DNA of 64,000 nt from Candidatus Krumholzibacteriia bacterium. Its GTDB lineage: Bacteria > Krumholzibacteriota > Krumholzibacteriia > LZORAL124-64-63. Each line of letters starts with the position of its first letter. Position 1 is the stretch's first letter. The DNA is taken from assembly GCA_050174015.1 (NCBI GenBank), contig JBFXKG010000008.1:128001-192000 (forward strand), in the 5' to 3' direction. Positions 1-10,158 of the stretch are shown one piece after another. The position numbers and the translations under genes are program-made. The notes below the pieces were generated by a model that did no database searches, was not told where the DNA came from, and saw only the letters and a list, made by a program, of their open reading frames with translations.

Positions 1-1
1 T

Positions 2-583
2 CCGGAGGACTTCGGCTATTTCGGCCACGCCGTGGCGGTGCTCGGGAACGACGTCTGGGTGGGCGCCGAGGGGCACACCAGCGGTGCAGGCAAGGCCTAC
101 CGGTTCAACGTCGATCAGGGCGGTCCGGGCTCCTGGGGTGAGGCCGAACAGTACGTCTCAGGTTCCCCGGCGGCCAACGATCTGCTGGCTTACGCCATGG
201 CGGTCGATTCGGGTACGGTCGCCCTGGGCGCCTTCGCCATGGACGTCGGCGGGGCGGTCCTGGTCTATCCCGCACCAGGCGGAGGAGCGAGCCCGGTCCC
301 CGGGGACAGGGCCCCGGGAGCGTCGGCCGGCAGGCTGGCGGCCTATCCCAACCCCTTCAACCCCGTGACGACCTTCGCCTTCACCGTGGACCGCCGGGGC
401 GAGGTGGAAGTGCTGGTTCACGACCTGCGGGGCGCCCTGGTGGCCCGGGTGTTCCGGGGAGAGCTGGGGAGCGGTGAGCACCAGGTGACCTGGTCGGCAG
501 ACGGGGTCCCGTCGGGCCTGTACCTGGCGACGGTGCGGGCGGGCCGGGAATTCCGCACCACCACCGTCAACCTGGTGAAGTGA
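2..583 (+). CDS. Secreted FG-GAP-repeat protein with C-terminal FlgD-Ig/T9SS-A-like sorting domain (5' truncated by window)
   Basis: Open frame from base 2: FGHAVAV..VWVGA..GAGKAY FG-GAP-like repeats; C-terminal LAAYPNPFNPVT...VPSGLYL motif. Confidence 0.8.
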   Translation, partial: PEDFGYFGHAVAVLGNDVWVGAEGHTSGAGKAYRFNVDQGGPGSWGEAEQYVSGSPAANDLLAYAMAVDSGTVALGAFAMDVGGAVLVYPAPGGGASPVPGDRAPGASAGRLAAYPNPFNPVTTFAFTVDRRGEVEVLVHDLRGALVARVFRGELGSGEHQVTWSADGVPSGLYLATVRAGREFRTTTVNLVK

Positions 584-730
584 CGTTTCGCCGTATCCCG
601 AAGGATGAGGGCCGCCGATCCCGGGGGGGATCGGCGGCCCGCCCGATCCCACGCGGCGGGGGCCGGACAGCCGAGCCTTGCCTCGCCCGGGTCCCGGGCC
701 TTATCCTGCCGGGAGAAAGGGAGCGTCAGG

Positions 731-1207
731 ATGGAATCGCGCGATCAGAATTCCCGGGGCCGCATCGAGGCCGTCTGCGTCAGCGAACGACGCGGCGAGG
801 TCAAGCACGCCGTGGCCGCGGGGTTCCTCCAGCCTGACCACGGACTGGAGGGGGACGGCCACGCCGGACCCGGTCATCGCCAGATCTCCATCCTCGCCAC
901 CCGGAGCATCGCCCGGATCAAGGCCGTCATCCCCGAACTCCAGCCCGGCGCGTTCGCCGAGAACCTGGTCGTCTCGGGCCTCGACCTGTCCGCCGCGCAG
1001 GTGGGCGACCGGCTGAAGGTCGGCGGGACGGCCGTCCTGGAGGTGACCCAGATCGGCAAGGAGTGTCACAACGCCTGCGTCATCCGGGAGAAGACCGGGG
1101 ATTGCGTGATGCCCCGCGAGGGGCTGTTCTGCCGGGTGATCGCCGGAGGACCGGTGGCGGCCGGCGACCCCGTGGTCCTGGCGCCCGGCCGGGTGGTCCC
1201 CTCGTGA
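731..1207 (+). CDS. MOSC domain protein
   Basis: GLEGDGHAG..RQIS, PGAFAENL, LEVTQIGKECH..C, MPREGLF motifs; ATG at 731 after GGGAG; first gene of Moco cluster. Confidence 0.9.
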   Translation: MESRDQNSRGRIEAVCVSERRGEVKHAVAAGFLQPDHGLEGDGHAGPGHRQISILATRSIARIKAVIPELQPGAFAENLVVSGLDLSAAQVGDRLKVGGTAVLEVTQIGKECHNACVIREKTGDCVMPREGLFCRVIAGGPVAAGDPVVLAPGRVVPS

Positions 1208-2226
1208 AGAAGGTGCTCGTCCACGAGGCGGTCGGCCGGCCCCTGGGGCACGACGTCACCGAGGTCAGCCTCGAGCGGGGCGTCAAGCACCGGGCCTTCA
1301 AGCGGGGCCACGTCATCGAGGCCGCCGACGTCGAGCGCCTGCTGGATCTGGGCAAGAAAGCGGTCTTCGTCCTGGAGGGGAACGAGACCGAAGTCCACGA
1401 GGACGACGCCGCCCGCAGGATCGCTCCCCTCGTGGCCGGCCCGAACGTCGTGTTCGATCCCGATCCCTACGAGGGCAAGATCACCTTCCGAGCGGCCTGC
1501 GCCGGCGTGTTCACGGTCGATCCCGAGCGGCTCTTCGCGATGAACGATCTGGAGGTCCCCAGCCTGCCGACCCTGCCGTCGTACCATCCGGTCGTGGCGG
1601 ACCAGCCCGTCGGCGCCTTCCGCATCATCCCTTTGACCTGCGAGGAACGGATCGTCGCGGCCGCCGAGGCCCTGCTCACCGGGCCCCTGCTCGCCGTCCA
1701 CCCCTACGTGGTGCGTTCGGCGGGCATCCTGGTGACGGGCACCGAGGTCTACGAGGGCCGGATCGCCGACGGGTTCGTCCCGCGGTTGGCGTCCACCCTT
1801 GCCGCCTACGGGGTTCCCGTTGCGGAGTCGGAGATCGTGCCGGACGATCGCGGCCGCATCGAGGCCGCCGTCCGCCGCCTGGGTGCGGCCTGCGACATCC
1901 TGCTGGTCACCGGAGGCACCTCGGTCGATCCGGACGACGTGACCGTGGCCGCCATGCGCGACGCGGGAGTGGCGACCCTCATGAAGGGAATGCCGGTGCA
2001 GCCGGGCAACAACTTCACCCTGGGCCGGCTGGATGGCCGCTACGTCTGCGCGGTGCCGGCGGCCACCCTGTTCTACAAGGCGACGGCGCTGGACCTGCTG
2101 TTGCCGCGCCTGCTGGCCGGCCTCGAGGTCACGCGGGACCAGCTGGTGCGGCTGGGGCACGGGGGCCTGGCGCAACCGGGAGCGGAGCAGCATTTTCCGG
2201 ATTGCACGTTCGGGATGGGGCGGTGA
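1204..2226 (+). CDS. Molybdopterin-binding (MoeA-like/MoCF biosynthesis domain) protein
   Basis: GTG overlaps upstream TGA; HDVT..FKRGH, VTGTEVYEGRIADGF, TGGTSVDPDD, PVQPGN motifs. Confidence 0.85.
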   Translation: MKKVLVHEAVGRPLGHDVTEVSLERGVKHRAFKRGHVIEAADVERLLDLGKKAVFVLEGNETEVHEDDAARRIAPLVAGPNVVFDPDPYEGKITFRAACAGVFTVDPERLFAMNDLEVPSLPTLPSYHPVVADQPVGAFRIIPLTCEERIVAAAEALLTGPLLAVHPYVVRSAGILVTGTEVYEGRIADGFVPRLASTLAAYGVPVAESEIVPDDRGRIEAAVRRLGAACDILLVTGGTSVDPDDVTVAAMRDAGVATLMKGMPVQPGNNFTLGRLDGRYVCAVPAATLFYKATALDLLLPRLLAGLEVTRDQLVRLGHGGLAQPGAEQHFPDCTFGMGR

Positions 2227-2356
2227 CCGGAGGCCTGGGGATGGTTTCGAGGGCGCCTTGCTTTCGTGGTAGGATCGCAGGGGAATCGCCGGCCGGAAGA
2301 GGTCCGGTCGAAATGGACGGCATTGCGAAGGGGGACCGGTGACGGAACCCGGGATC

Positions 2357-3328
2357 ATGATCGACGGCCACGCCCGCAGCGTCCGGTACCTGCGCCTTTC
2401 GGTCACGGACCGTTGCGACCTGCGCTGCCTGTATTGCCGGCCCGCCGAAGGTCTGCCGGTCATGGACCGGCGCGACCTGCTGGGAGCCGACGAACTCATC
2501 CTGGTCGGCCGCGCGGCCGCGTCCTGCGGCGTGCGCAAGATCCGGTTGACAGGGGGCGAGCCCCTGCTGCGCCGGGACCTGGAAGGGATCGTCGCAGGAC
2601 TGGGGGCCATCCCGGGGATCGCCAGCCTGCAACTGACCACCAACGGGATGCGGCTGGCCGGGCTCGCGGACCGTCTGGCCGCCGCCGGCCTGGACGGCGT
2701 CAACGTCAGCATCGATTCCCTCGATCCCGAGCGGTTCGCCGCCATCACCCGCGGCGGGGATCTCGAGGCCTGCCTGGCGGGGATCGCAGCTGCCCGGGCG
2801 GCCGGCCTGAACGTCAAGCTCAACATGGTGGTCATGGGCGGGGTCAACGACCACGAGATGGTCCCCATGGTCGAACGCTTCTGCGGGGATTCGCTTGCCG
2901 TCCGGTTCATCGAGTACATGCCGACGGCCGGCCCGGCCAGAGCGCCGGGTTCGCAGGTGTCGGCCGAGATCATGCTTGCGATCCTCGGCGCCCGCTTCCA
3001 TCTGTCGCCCATGCCCGCCGAACCGCTGGCGGGCCCCGCCCTGCGCTACGGTATCGCAGGAATGCCCGGGCGCGTCGGTCTGATCGCCCCCCTCAGCCGC
3101 CACTTCTGCGCCGACTGCAATCGCCTGCGGGTGACCGCCGAGGGTCGCGTGCGCAGCTGCCTGTTCCACGCCGAGGACGGGGATCTGCGCCCCTGGATCG
3201 CCGCGCAGGACGTAGCGGGAATCGCGGCCGAACTGCGTCGGGCCGTGGCGGAGAAACCGTCCGGACACGACTGGGCGCCGGAGGGCAACTTCGTCGGGGA
3301 CGTCCTGATGTCCCGAACCGGAGGCTGA
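2357..3328 (+). CDS. moaA: GTP 3',8-cyclase (radical SAM)
   Basis: YLRLSVTDRCDLRCLYC, RLTGGEPL, FCADCNRLR, C-terminal MSRTGG. Confidence 0.95.
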   Translation: MIDGHARSVRYLRLSVTDRCDLRCLYCRPAEGLPVMDRRDLLGADELILVGRAAASCGVRKIRLTGGEPLLRRDLEGIVAGLGAIPGIASLQLTTNGMRLAGLADRLAAAGLDGVNVSIDSLDPERFAAITRGGDLEACLAGIAAARAAGLNVKLNMVVMGGVNDHEMVPMVERFCGDSLAVRFIEYMPTAGPARAPGSQVSAEIMLAILGARFHLSPMPAEPLAGPALRYGIAGMPGRVGLIAPLSRHFCADCNRLRVTAEGRVRSCLFHAEDGDLRPWIAAQDVAGIAAELRRAVAEKPSGHDWAPEGNFVGDVLMSRTGG

Positions 3329-3329
3329 G

Positions 3330-3821
3330 ATGGGCTTCAACCACTTCGATCCCGAGGGGCAGGCCTGGATGGTGGACGTCAGCGCCAAGGACCGCACCCT
3401 GCGGGAGGCCCGCGCCGAGGCGGTCGTCCAGCTCGGTCTCGATCTCCTGGCGACGGTCCTGGACCGCGGCACGGCGAAGGGCGACGTCCTGGGCACCGCC
3501 CGGCTGGCCGGCATCGCGGCGGTGAAGCGGACCGCCGACCTGATCCCCCTGGCCCATCCCCTGGCGCTCCACCACGCCGCCGTGGCCTTCGCCGCCGAAT
3601 CGGAGACAGGCCATTTGCGTTGCATCTGCACCGTCAAGGCCGTCGAGCGGACGGGGGTGGAGATGGAGGCCATGACCGGCGCGACGGCGGCCGCCCTGAC
3701 CGTCTACGACATGTGCAAGGCCGTGCGCCGGGGAATCGTCATCGGGCCGATCCGCCTGCTCTCCAAGAGCGGGGGACGCAGCGGGGTCTACGATGCGGAG
3801 GTGGAAGATGACGGCGGATGA
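3330..3821 (+). CDS. moaC: Cyclic pyranopterin monophosphate synthase
   Basis: MVDVSAK, KGDVL..ARLAGI, TGVEMEA, YDMCKA, KSGGRSG. Confidence 0.95.
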   Translation: MGFNHFDPEGQAWMVDVSAKDRTLREARAEAVVQLGLDLLATVLDRGTAKGDVLGTARLAGIAAVKRTADLIPLAHPLALHHAAVAFAAESETGHLRCICTVKAVERTGVEMEAMTGATAAALTVYDMCKAVRRGIVIGPIRLLSKSGGRSGVYDAEVEDDGG

Positions 3822-4323
3822 CGTCCGGATACCCCTGAAGGTCGGGGTCCTGGTTCTCAGCGACAAGGGCAGCCGGGGGGAACGTGACGACACCTCGGGT
3901 CCGGCGATCGTTTCGTTCCTCGCGGGGCGGGACGTGGTCGAGCCGTTGCTGGAGATCCTGCCCGACGATCGCCGGATCATCGCCCGCCGGCTGGCCGCCT
4001 GGGCGGACGACCTGCGGCTGGACGTGATCCTCACCTGCGGCGGGACCGGAGTGGCTCCGAGGGACGTGACGCCCGAGGCCACCGGTGACGTCATCGACCG
4101 CCAAGTCCCCGGCTTCGGGGAGCGGATGCGGGCGGTCAGCTTCCAGAAGACGCCGAGCGCCCTGATCAGCCGCGCCCTGGCCGGGATCCGGGGGGGGACG
4201 CTGATCGTCAACCTGCCCGGCAGCCCCAGGGCGGCGGTGGAGAACCTCGAGGCCGTCTGGGAGGCGGTGCCTCACCTCGTCGCCAAGCTGCAGGGCGACG
4301 ACCGGGATTGCGGAGAAGCGTGA
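3808..4323 (+). CDS. mog: Molybdopterin adenylyltransferase (MogA/MoaB family)
   Basis: LSD..D.SGP, TCGGTGVAPRDVTPEA, NLPGSP. Confidence 0.9.
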   Translation: MTADDVRIPLKVGVLVLSDKGSRGERDDTSGPAIVSFLAGRDVVEPLLEILPDDRRIIARRLAAWADDLRLDVILTCGGTGVAPRDVTPEATGDVIDRQVPGFGERMRAVSFQKTPSALISRALAGIRGGTLIVNLPGSPRAAVENLEAVWEAVPHLVAKLQGDDRDCGEA

Positions 4324-5237
4324 TCCTGGCCGGCGTCTTCCCGGTTTTCGCCCTGATCGCGGCGGGATACGTCCTGCGCCGCTGCGGGTTGACGGACCCC
4401 GGATTCCTGCGGACAGGCGACCGCCTGGTCTATCACTTCTTCTTTCCCGTCCTGCTGTTCTGGAAGATCGGGGGGACGGTTCCCGATCCCGTGGTCCCCT
4501 GGCGCCTGTGGGCGGCCGGGCTGGGCGTCATCGCGGCCATGTGGATCCTGAGCCTGATCGTGATCGCCGTGGCCGGCCTGGGGCCTGCGCGGGCGGGGTC
4601 CTTCTCCCAGGCAACCTTCCGGTTCAACACGTACGTCGCCATCGCGGTCGTGTCCAACATCCAGGGAGACCGGGGCGTCGCCGGACTGGGGGAATTGCTG
4701 GGTCTGGCCATACCCCTGTGCAACGTCCTTGCCGTCATGACCTTCATCTGGTTCTCCCGGGACAACCTGGATCAGCGGGCCCGCATCCGGTTGACCTTGC
4801 GGGCCCTGGTCCAGAATCCCTTGATCATGGCCTGTCTGGCGGGCATGCTGTGGGCGCGGGTGCTGCCGCCCTGGCCCGGGATGGTGGACAACACCCTGGG
4901 TCTCGCCGCCTCCCTGACCCTGCCGTTCGCCCTGATCTCGATCGGGGGAGCACTGACCTTCGCGGGCCTCAGGGACCGCTGGGCGACGGCCTCCGCGGCC
5001 ACCATGCTGAAGGTTGTCGTGATGCCGCTTCTGGGCTGGCTGGCGGTGCGTTGGAGCGGCCTCCAGGGGCCCGACGCCCTCACGGCCATGGTCTTCTTCG
5101 CCATGCCCGCTTCGACCGCGATGTACGTGCTGTCCCGTCAGCTCGGGGGGGATCCCGACCTCAGCTCGGCGGTCATCGTCCTGTCCACGCCGGCCTCATT
5201 CGTTTCCCTGTCGATGGTCCTGTGGCTCTTCGGCTGA
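4320..5237 (+). CDS. AEC (auxin efflux carrier) family transporter
   Basis: About 10 hydrophobic segments, FRFN, NPLI, MPAST..YVL..QLGGD. Confidence 0.85.
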   Translation: MILAGVFPVFALIAAGYVLRRCGLTDPGFLRTGDRLVYHFFFPVLLFWKIGGTVPDPVVPWRLWAAGLGVIAAMWILSLIVIAVAGLGPARAGSFSQATFRFNTYVAIAVVSNIQGDRGVAGLGELLGLAIPLCNVLAVMTFIWFSRDNLDQRARIRLTLRALVQNPLIMACLAGMLWARVLPPWPGMVDNTLGLAASLTLPFALISIGGALTFAGLRDRWATASAATMLKVVVMPLLGWLAVRWSGLQGPDALTAMVFFAMPASTAMYVLSRQLGGDPDLSSAVIVLSTPASFVSLSMVLWLFG

Positions 5238-5243
5238 TGCGGG

Positions 5244-6323
5244 TCAGACCAGAGCCGCGCTCTTGACCTGTGCGTGGAGGCGGCGGCCGGATTCCAGATC
5301 CAGGTTCTCGGCCGACCGGCGCGTGACGACGGCCAGCAGGGAAGAGTCGCCTGCCGCGAGCCTCACCAGGACCTGGGATTCGTTGCGGTCCCTGACCCCC
5401 GTCACCACGGCCGGCAGGACGTTCAGGATGCTCGTCCCCCGCGGCTCATCCAGGGACAGGCTGACGTCCCTGGCTGCGACCAGCACCCTCCGGCGGGTTC
5501 CCCGGGGCAGGGCGGGTCCGGGCAGCCACAGGCATCCCCCCGAAAATTCCAGACGGTTCAGGTGGTAGGCCTGGTCCCGGTCGCCGATCCGTCCGTCGAT
5601 GACCGCGACCGGATCCGGCCCCTGAGCCCAGGGGCCGTCCAGGTCGGCCGCCATGACGTCCAGGGGACCGGCGGCGGCGATCCTGCCCCCGCTCATCAGT
5701 ACGAGATGGTCGGCCAGCGCCGCCGCCTCGCGCCGGTCGTGGGTGACGTGCAGGATGGGGATGTCCTCCCGGCGGGCGACGGCGGCGATGAAGGGGTAGA
5801 GGTCCTCCCGCGCGGCCGCATCGACGGAAGCCAGAGGCTCGTCCAGGAGCAGGAGATCCGGGCCGGCCAGCAGGGCCCGGCCGAGCGCGACCCGCTGCCG
5901 CTCGCCGCCGCTGAGGGTATCCGGGGACCGCTCCAGCATGCCGTCCAGACCCAGCAGACGGATCGTCCGTTGGACGTCCTCATCGCCGGCGGGAGGATTC
6001 CTGCGGCGGCGGCCGAACAGGAGATTGGACCGCACGTCCAGGTGCGGAAACAACAGGCCGTCCTGGAACACGCAACCCAGGGTCCGCCGGTGCGGCGGCA
6101 TCTCGATTCCGGCGGCCGAGTCGAGCCAGACGGCGTCGGCCAGCTGGATGCGCCCGTCGACCTGCCGCTCGAGGCCGGCGATGCAGCGCAGCAGGGTGGT
6201 CTTTCCGCAGCCGGAGGGGCCCCACAAGGTGGTGACGCCGGCGTCCGGCACGGTCAGATGGGCGTCCAGCAGGAAGCCGCCGGGTCCCCGGCGGCGGATC
6301 CGGCAGCGGGCGACGAGGCTCAT
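5244..6323 (-). CDS. modC: Molybdate ABC transporter ATP-binding protein
   Basis: Walker [24 protein letters not shown]-terminal TOBE/Mop domains. Confidence 0.93.
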   Translation of the reverse strand: MSLVARCRIRRRGPGGFLLDAHLTVPDAGVTTLWGPSGCGKTTLLRCIAGLERQVDGRIQLADAVWLDSAAGIEMPPHRRTLGCVFQDGLLFPHLDVRSNLLFGRRRRNPPAGDEDVQRTIRLLGLDGMLERSPDTLSGGERQRVALGRALLAGPDLLLLDEPLASVDAAAREDLYPFIAAVARREDIPILHVTHDRREAAALADHLVLMSGGRIAAAGPLDVMAADLDGPWAQGPDPVAVIDGRIGDRDQAYHLNRLEFSGGCLWLPGPALPRGTRRRVLVAARDVSLSLDEPRGTSILNVLPAVVTGVRDRNESQVLVRLAAGDSSLLAVVTRRSAENLDLESGRRLHAQVKSAALV

Positions 6324-7000
6324 GGCCGCCCTCCCTCGCCGCGCCGATTGATCATCCGCACCCCCAGCAGCATCAGGAAGGACAGCGCGAGCAGGCCGGC
6401 GGCCAGGACGTGGGCCCGGCCGTACTGGAGGGTCTCGACGTGGTCGAACAGGGCGATGGAGAGCACGCGGGTCCGGCCGGGGATGTTGCCGCCGATCATC
6501 AGCACGACGCCGAACTCGCCCAGGGTGTGGGCGAAACCCAGGGTGGCCGCCGTCAGGTAGCCCCGCCGGGAAAGCGGCAGGGCGATGGTGAAGAAGCGAT
6601 CGCGGGGACCGGCGCCCAGGGTCGAGGCGGCCTCGAGCAGACCCGGCCGGATGCCGGCGAACGCGTCGCGCAGGGGCTGGACCACGAAGGGCAGGGAATA
6701 GACGACCGAGCCGAAGACCAGGCCGGCGAAGGTGAAGGCCAGGGGGCGTCCGCCCGCAGCTTCGGCCAGCCTTCCGGCGGGGCCGTGGGGCCCCAGGAAG
6801 ATCAGCAGGTAGAAGCCCAGGACGGTGGGCGGCAGGACCAGGGGCAAGGCGACGACGGTATCGACGAGGGGCTGCCAGGGGCGACGGGAGCGGGCCAGCC
6901 ACCAGGCCAGGGGCGTCCCGGCCACCAGGAGGACCAGGGTGCTGATGGTCGCCAGTCTGAGCGTGACCCCCAGGGCGATCAGATCGTCAGGGTGAATCAT
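6320..7000 (-). CDS. modB: Molybdate ABC transporter permease
   Basis: [28 protein letters not shown]. Confidence 0.95.
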   Translation of the reverse strand: MIHPDDLIALGVTLRLATISTLVLLVAGTPLAWWLARSRRPWQPLVDTVVALPLVLPPTVLGFYLLIFLGPHGPAGRLAEAAGGRPLAFTFAGLVFGSVVYSLPFVVQPLRDAFAGIRPGLLEAASTLGAGPRDRFFTIALPLSRRGYLTAATLGFAHTLGEFGVVLMIGGNIPGRTRVLSIALFDHVETLQYGRAHVLAAGLLALSFLMLLGVRMINRRGEGGRP

Positions 7001-7826
7001 GGGCCGTGTTTCCGGAACCGGGGGAGGGCACGGCATAGCCGTATTCCCCGATGATCCTGCAGGCCGTCGGACCGGTCAGGAATGCGGCGAACTCCAGGGC
7101 GGCGGCGTCGCCTTCGGCCGCAGGCAGCAGGACGGCCTGCTGGACGATGGCTGCATGCAGGGAATCCGGCACCAACCACCGCAGCCAGCCCTCGCCCGGC
7201 AGGTCCAGAGCCTGGGACCAGGCCACCAGGCCCAGTTCGGCGTTGCCGCTGGCGACGAACTGCAGGGCCTGGCCCACGTTCTGACCGGTGACCAGCCGAT
7301 CCCCGGAGGATTCGCCGAGACCCAGGCCGGACAAGGCCTCGACGGCGGCGCGCCCGTAGGGAGCGAGCTCCGGGTTGGCGATCGCCAGACGAGCGTACTC
7401 CCCGAGGGTCAGCAGGGAGCAGGGATCGGTGGCGGCGGCGAACGACTGCTCCCTGGAAACCAGGGCCAGCCGTCCCTCGGCGTAGGTGAACCGGGAACCC
7501 GGCAGGATCGCCCCCCTGTTCTCGAGGTCGAGGGGTCTGGCGGAGTCCGCGGCGAGGAACACGGTGAAGGGCGCCCCGTTGAGGATCTGGGCGTGCAGTT
7601 GCCCCGTGGAGCCGCTGCTGATCGTCACGGAATGCCCGGTCTCGGCGTGGAAGGCTGCGGACAGCACCTCCAGGCAGGAACGGAAGTTGGTGGCCACCGC
7701 CGCGACGACCTCCGCCCCGGCGCAGGGGGATCCCTGGATCAGGGCCCCCCAGAAGACGGCCAGGAGGCCGAGACGGGGCACCCATCCGATTCGAGGGCTC
7801 GTGGTTCCCGAGAACGGGATATCCAT
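6987..7826 (-). CDS. modA: Molybdate ABC transporter substrate-binding protein
   Basis: [27 protein letters not shown]. Confidence 0.93.
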   Translation of the reverse strand: MDIPFSGTTSPRIGWVPRLGLLAVFWGALIQGSPCAGAEVVAAVATNFRSCLEVLSAAFHAETGHSVTISSGSTGQLHAQILNGAPFTVFLAADSARPLDLENRGAILPGSRFTYAEGRLALVSREQSFAAATDPCSLLTLGEYARLAIANPELAPYGRAAVEALSGLGLGESSGDRLVTGQNVGQALQFVASGNAELGLVAWSQALDLPGEGWLRWLVPDSLHAAIVQQAVLLPAAEGDAAALEFAAFLTGPTACRIIGEYGYAVPSPGSGNTAHDSP

Positions 7827-7920
7827 TGCTCCTCCATCCGGGAAAGGACTATCATGGTTGGCGTCCGCTTACCCAGGATATTCCCGCCAGGCTTCCTGAC
7901 AGTCAACCCCGGGGAATTCG

Positions 7921-8826
7921 GTGACCCAGAACCACCAACAGCGCGCCGGTGTCGCCTACGGGGCCGCCGCCTTTCTCTGGTGGGGGTTCGCCCCCTTCTA
8001 CTTCAAGGCCGTCGGTGCGGCCGCGCCGCAGGAGGTCCTGGCCCACCGCATCATCTGGTCGTGCCTCTTCCTGCTGGGTCTGCTTGCGGTTCGCGGCCGC
8101 TTCGGGGAATTCCGGCGACTGCTGGTCGACCGCAGGACCCTGGGCATCCTGTCGATCACGACCTTCCTGATCGCGGGCAACTGGCTGCTGTTCATCTGGG
8201 CCATCGCGAACCAGCGGTTGCTCGAGGCAAGCCTGGGCTACTTCATCAACCCCCTGGTGAACGTTCTCCTGGGATTCGTGGTCTTCCGCGAACGGTTGAC
8301 CCGCCTGCAGACCGGCGCGGTCGCCCTGGCGGCTGCCGGAGTGGCGTGGCTGGCCCTGGGCGGGGTCGGGGTGCCCCTGATCTCCCTGGCCCTGGCGTTC
8401 TCGTTCAGCATCTACGGGATGCTGCGCAAGCGCACCCCCGTCAGCGGCACGGTCGGGCTGACCGCCGAGACCATGCTGCTGTGGCCCTGGGCGGTGGCCT
8501 GGCTGATCCTGCGCCAGGCACGAGGAGAGCTGGCCTTCGGGAACGAGGGGCCGGTCCTGACCATCATGCTGGTGAGCGCGGGATGGATCACGGCCCTGCC
8601 CCTGATCTGGTTCGCCGAGGGGGCCCGCCGCATCCGGTACGCCACCCTGGGGTTCCTGCAGTATCTGGCCCCGACCTTCCAGTTTCTGGTCGCTGTCCTG
8701 GCCTTCGGCGAGCCGTTCACTCCCAAGCACGCCGTCAGTTTCGGCTGCATCTGGATCGCCCTGGGGCTGTATTCCTTGGAGACCATCCGGCAGGTGAGGT
8801 CAAGAAAACCGGACGTTGCAGACTAG
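7921..8826 (+). CDS. rarD: EamA family transporter RarD; last codons and stop lie inside the IS left end
   Basis: AHRIIWS, EASLGYFINPL, LGFLQYLAPTFQF. Confidence 0.92.
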   Translation: MTQNHQQRAGVAYGAAAFLWWGFAPFYFKAVGAAAPQEVLAHRIIWSCLFLLGLLAVRGRFGEFRRLLVDRRTLGILSITTFLIAGNWLLFIWAIANQRLLEASLGYFINPLVNVLLGFVVFRERLTRLQTGAVALAAAGVAWLALGGVGVPLISLALAFSFSIYGMLRKRTPVSGTVGLTAETMLLWPWAVAWLILRQARGELAFGNEGPVLTIMLVSAGWITALPLIWFAEGARRIRYATLGFLQYLAPTFQFLVAVLAFGEPFTPKHAVSFGCIWIALGLYSLETIRQVRSRKPDVAD

Positions 8827-8833
8827 GCGCAAA
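8811..8833 (+). repeat. Left terminal inverted repeat of the IS
   Basis: 19/23 match to reverse complement of 11049-11071. Confidence 0.8.
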
Positions 8834-8925
8834 CGACGGCCCGGCAACGATTTGCGCCAGATTAATTTTTTACTTGACACAATGAATTGACCTTGCTGGC
8901 TTTATGGAGTCAATCGGAGGAAGTC

Positions 8926-9933
8926 ATGGCAAAGAACCAGGGAAAAGCCGGACAGACAAAGGACCCGATCATTCGGGACCTGCCATTGGCTTGCACCGAT
9001 GAACTTGCAGCCGTTGAGTTCCTTGAAAAGCAACGTTGGGGAGATAATCCCTGCTGCCCACATTGCGGCTGCTGCGGCGACAGCGTGTACAAAATGACCA
9101 AGCGGGGATCTGCCGAGCGCAACGAGCGGTTCCTTTGGCGTTGCCGTGAGTGCGGGAAGCAGTACACAGTCCGCATTGGGACCGTCCTTGAAGACTCTGC
9201 AATCCCCCTGCGGCACTGGTGCCATGCCTTCTGGATGGCCTGTAGCTGCAAGAATGGCGTCGCCGCCAAGGAGATCGAGCGACATACCGGACTTTCCTAC
9301 AAATCGGCTTTATTCCTTATGCACCGTATCAGGTACGCCATGACCGGCTCTGCTGGCGATGGCCCAATGGAGGGGATCGTGGAGGCCGATGAGACGTACA
9401 TCGGCGGGAAGGTCGGCAATAAGATTGGCCGTTACGGGCGGGGAAAGCGCACTGGGCGAGGCCAGCGCTCCCATGTCCCGCCGAAGGCCCCGGTCATGGT
9501 GATGATTCAACGCGGCGGCGAGGCCCGCGCCCAAGTCATGCCAAACGTGACGGCCCGGAATCTCCGTACGGCCATCCGAGAGAATGTTGCCCCATCAGCC
9601 ACACTGGCCACAGATGAATCCCGTCTCTACATCCCAGTGGGGCGGGAGCAGTCTGGTGGTCATCTGCGCGTGAACCACGGAAAACGTCAGTATGTCAACG
9701 GAAACGCCTATACAAATACAGCAGAGTCGTTTTTTGCTAGACTTAAACGCACAATTGCTGGAACACACATTCATGTCAGCAAAAAGCATCTTCATCGTTA
9801 TGTTGCGCAAAGTGAATTTATGTACAACACAAGAAAGCAATCTGATGGGGAACGTGTTTTGCGTGCAATAAGTGGAGCAGAGGGGAAACGGCTAATGTAC
9901 CGTGATCCAGTGTCGAATGTAGAACGTTATTGA
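8926..9933 (+). CDS. IS1595 family (ISXO2-like) transposase
   Basis: Zn ribbon CPHCG...CRECG; IVEADETYIGG, LATDE, VNH, TNTAESFF..LKR, HVSKKHL motifs; GGAGG RBS before ATG 8926. Confidence 0.95.
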   Translation: MAKNQGKAGQTKDPIIRDLPLACTDELAAVEFLEKQRWGDNPCCPHCGCCGDSVYKMTKRGSAERNERFLWRCRECGKQYTVRIGTVLEDSAIPLRHWCHAFWMACSCKNGVAAKEIERHTGLSYKSALFLMHRIRYAMTGSAGDGPMEGIVEADETYIGGKVGNKIGRYGRGKRTGRGQRSHVPPKAPVMVMIQRGGEARAQVMPNVTARNLRTAIRENVAPSATLATDESRLYIPVGREQSGGHLRVNHGKRQYVNGNAYTNTAESFFARLKRTIAGTHIHVSKKHLHRYVAQSEFMYNTRKQSDGERVLRAISGAEGKRLMYRDPVSNVERY

Positions 9934-9961
9934 CGAACGTGCTACATTGTGACTAAATTAG

Positions 9962-10048
9962 TGGTGCGCTCGGCGGGACTCGAACCCGCAATCCGGAGAG
10001 GGAACCGGCTTTCAAGGCCGGCGCGTTTACCAGTTTCGCCACAAGCGC
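9962..10048 (-). tRNA. tRNA with Leu-type body and UGA (Ser) anticodon
   Basis: GCGCTTG-TG-GCG AAACTGGTAAA CGC-G-CCGGC CT[TGA]AA GCCGG-long V arm-GCGGG TTCGAGT CCCGC-CGAGCGC-A-CCA; A73, A15:U48. Confidence 0.9.
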
Positions 10049-10060
10049 ACCACGGTGATT

Positions 10061-10148
10061 TGGTGCCCGGAGCGGGATTCGAACCCGCACGGACTGTTAG
10101 TCCACGAGCTTCCAAGGCCTGCGTGTCTACCAGTTCCACCATCCGGGC
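10061..10148 (-). tRNA. tRNA with Leu-type body and UGG (Pro) anticodon
   Basis: GCCCGGA-TG-GTG GAACTGGTAGA CAC-G-CAGGC CT[TGG]AA GCTCG-T GGACT AAC AGTCC GT-GCGGG TTCGAAT CCCGC-TCCGGGC-A-CCA. Confidence 0.9.
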
Positions 10149-10158
10149 ATCAATTCTC

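Noticed and set aside
584..730. Moco riboswitch upstream of the MOSC gene (also checked 2227-2356 before moaA)
   Set aside because: Only generic GC hairpins; I could not identify the conserved Moco RNA motif by eye. An Rfam scan would settle it.
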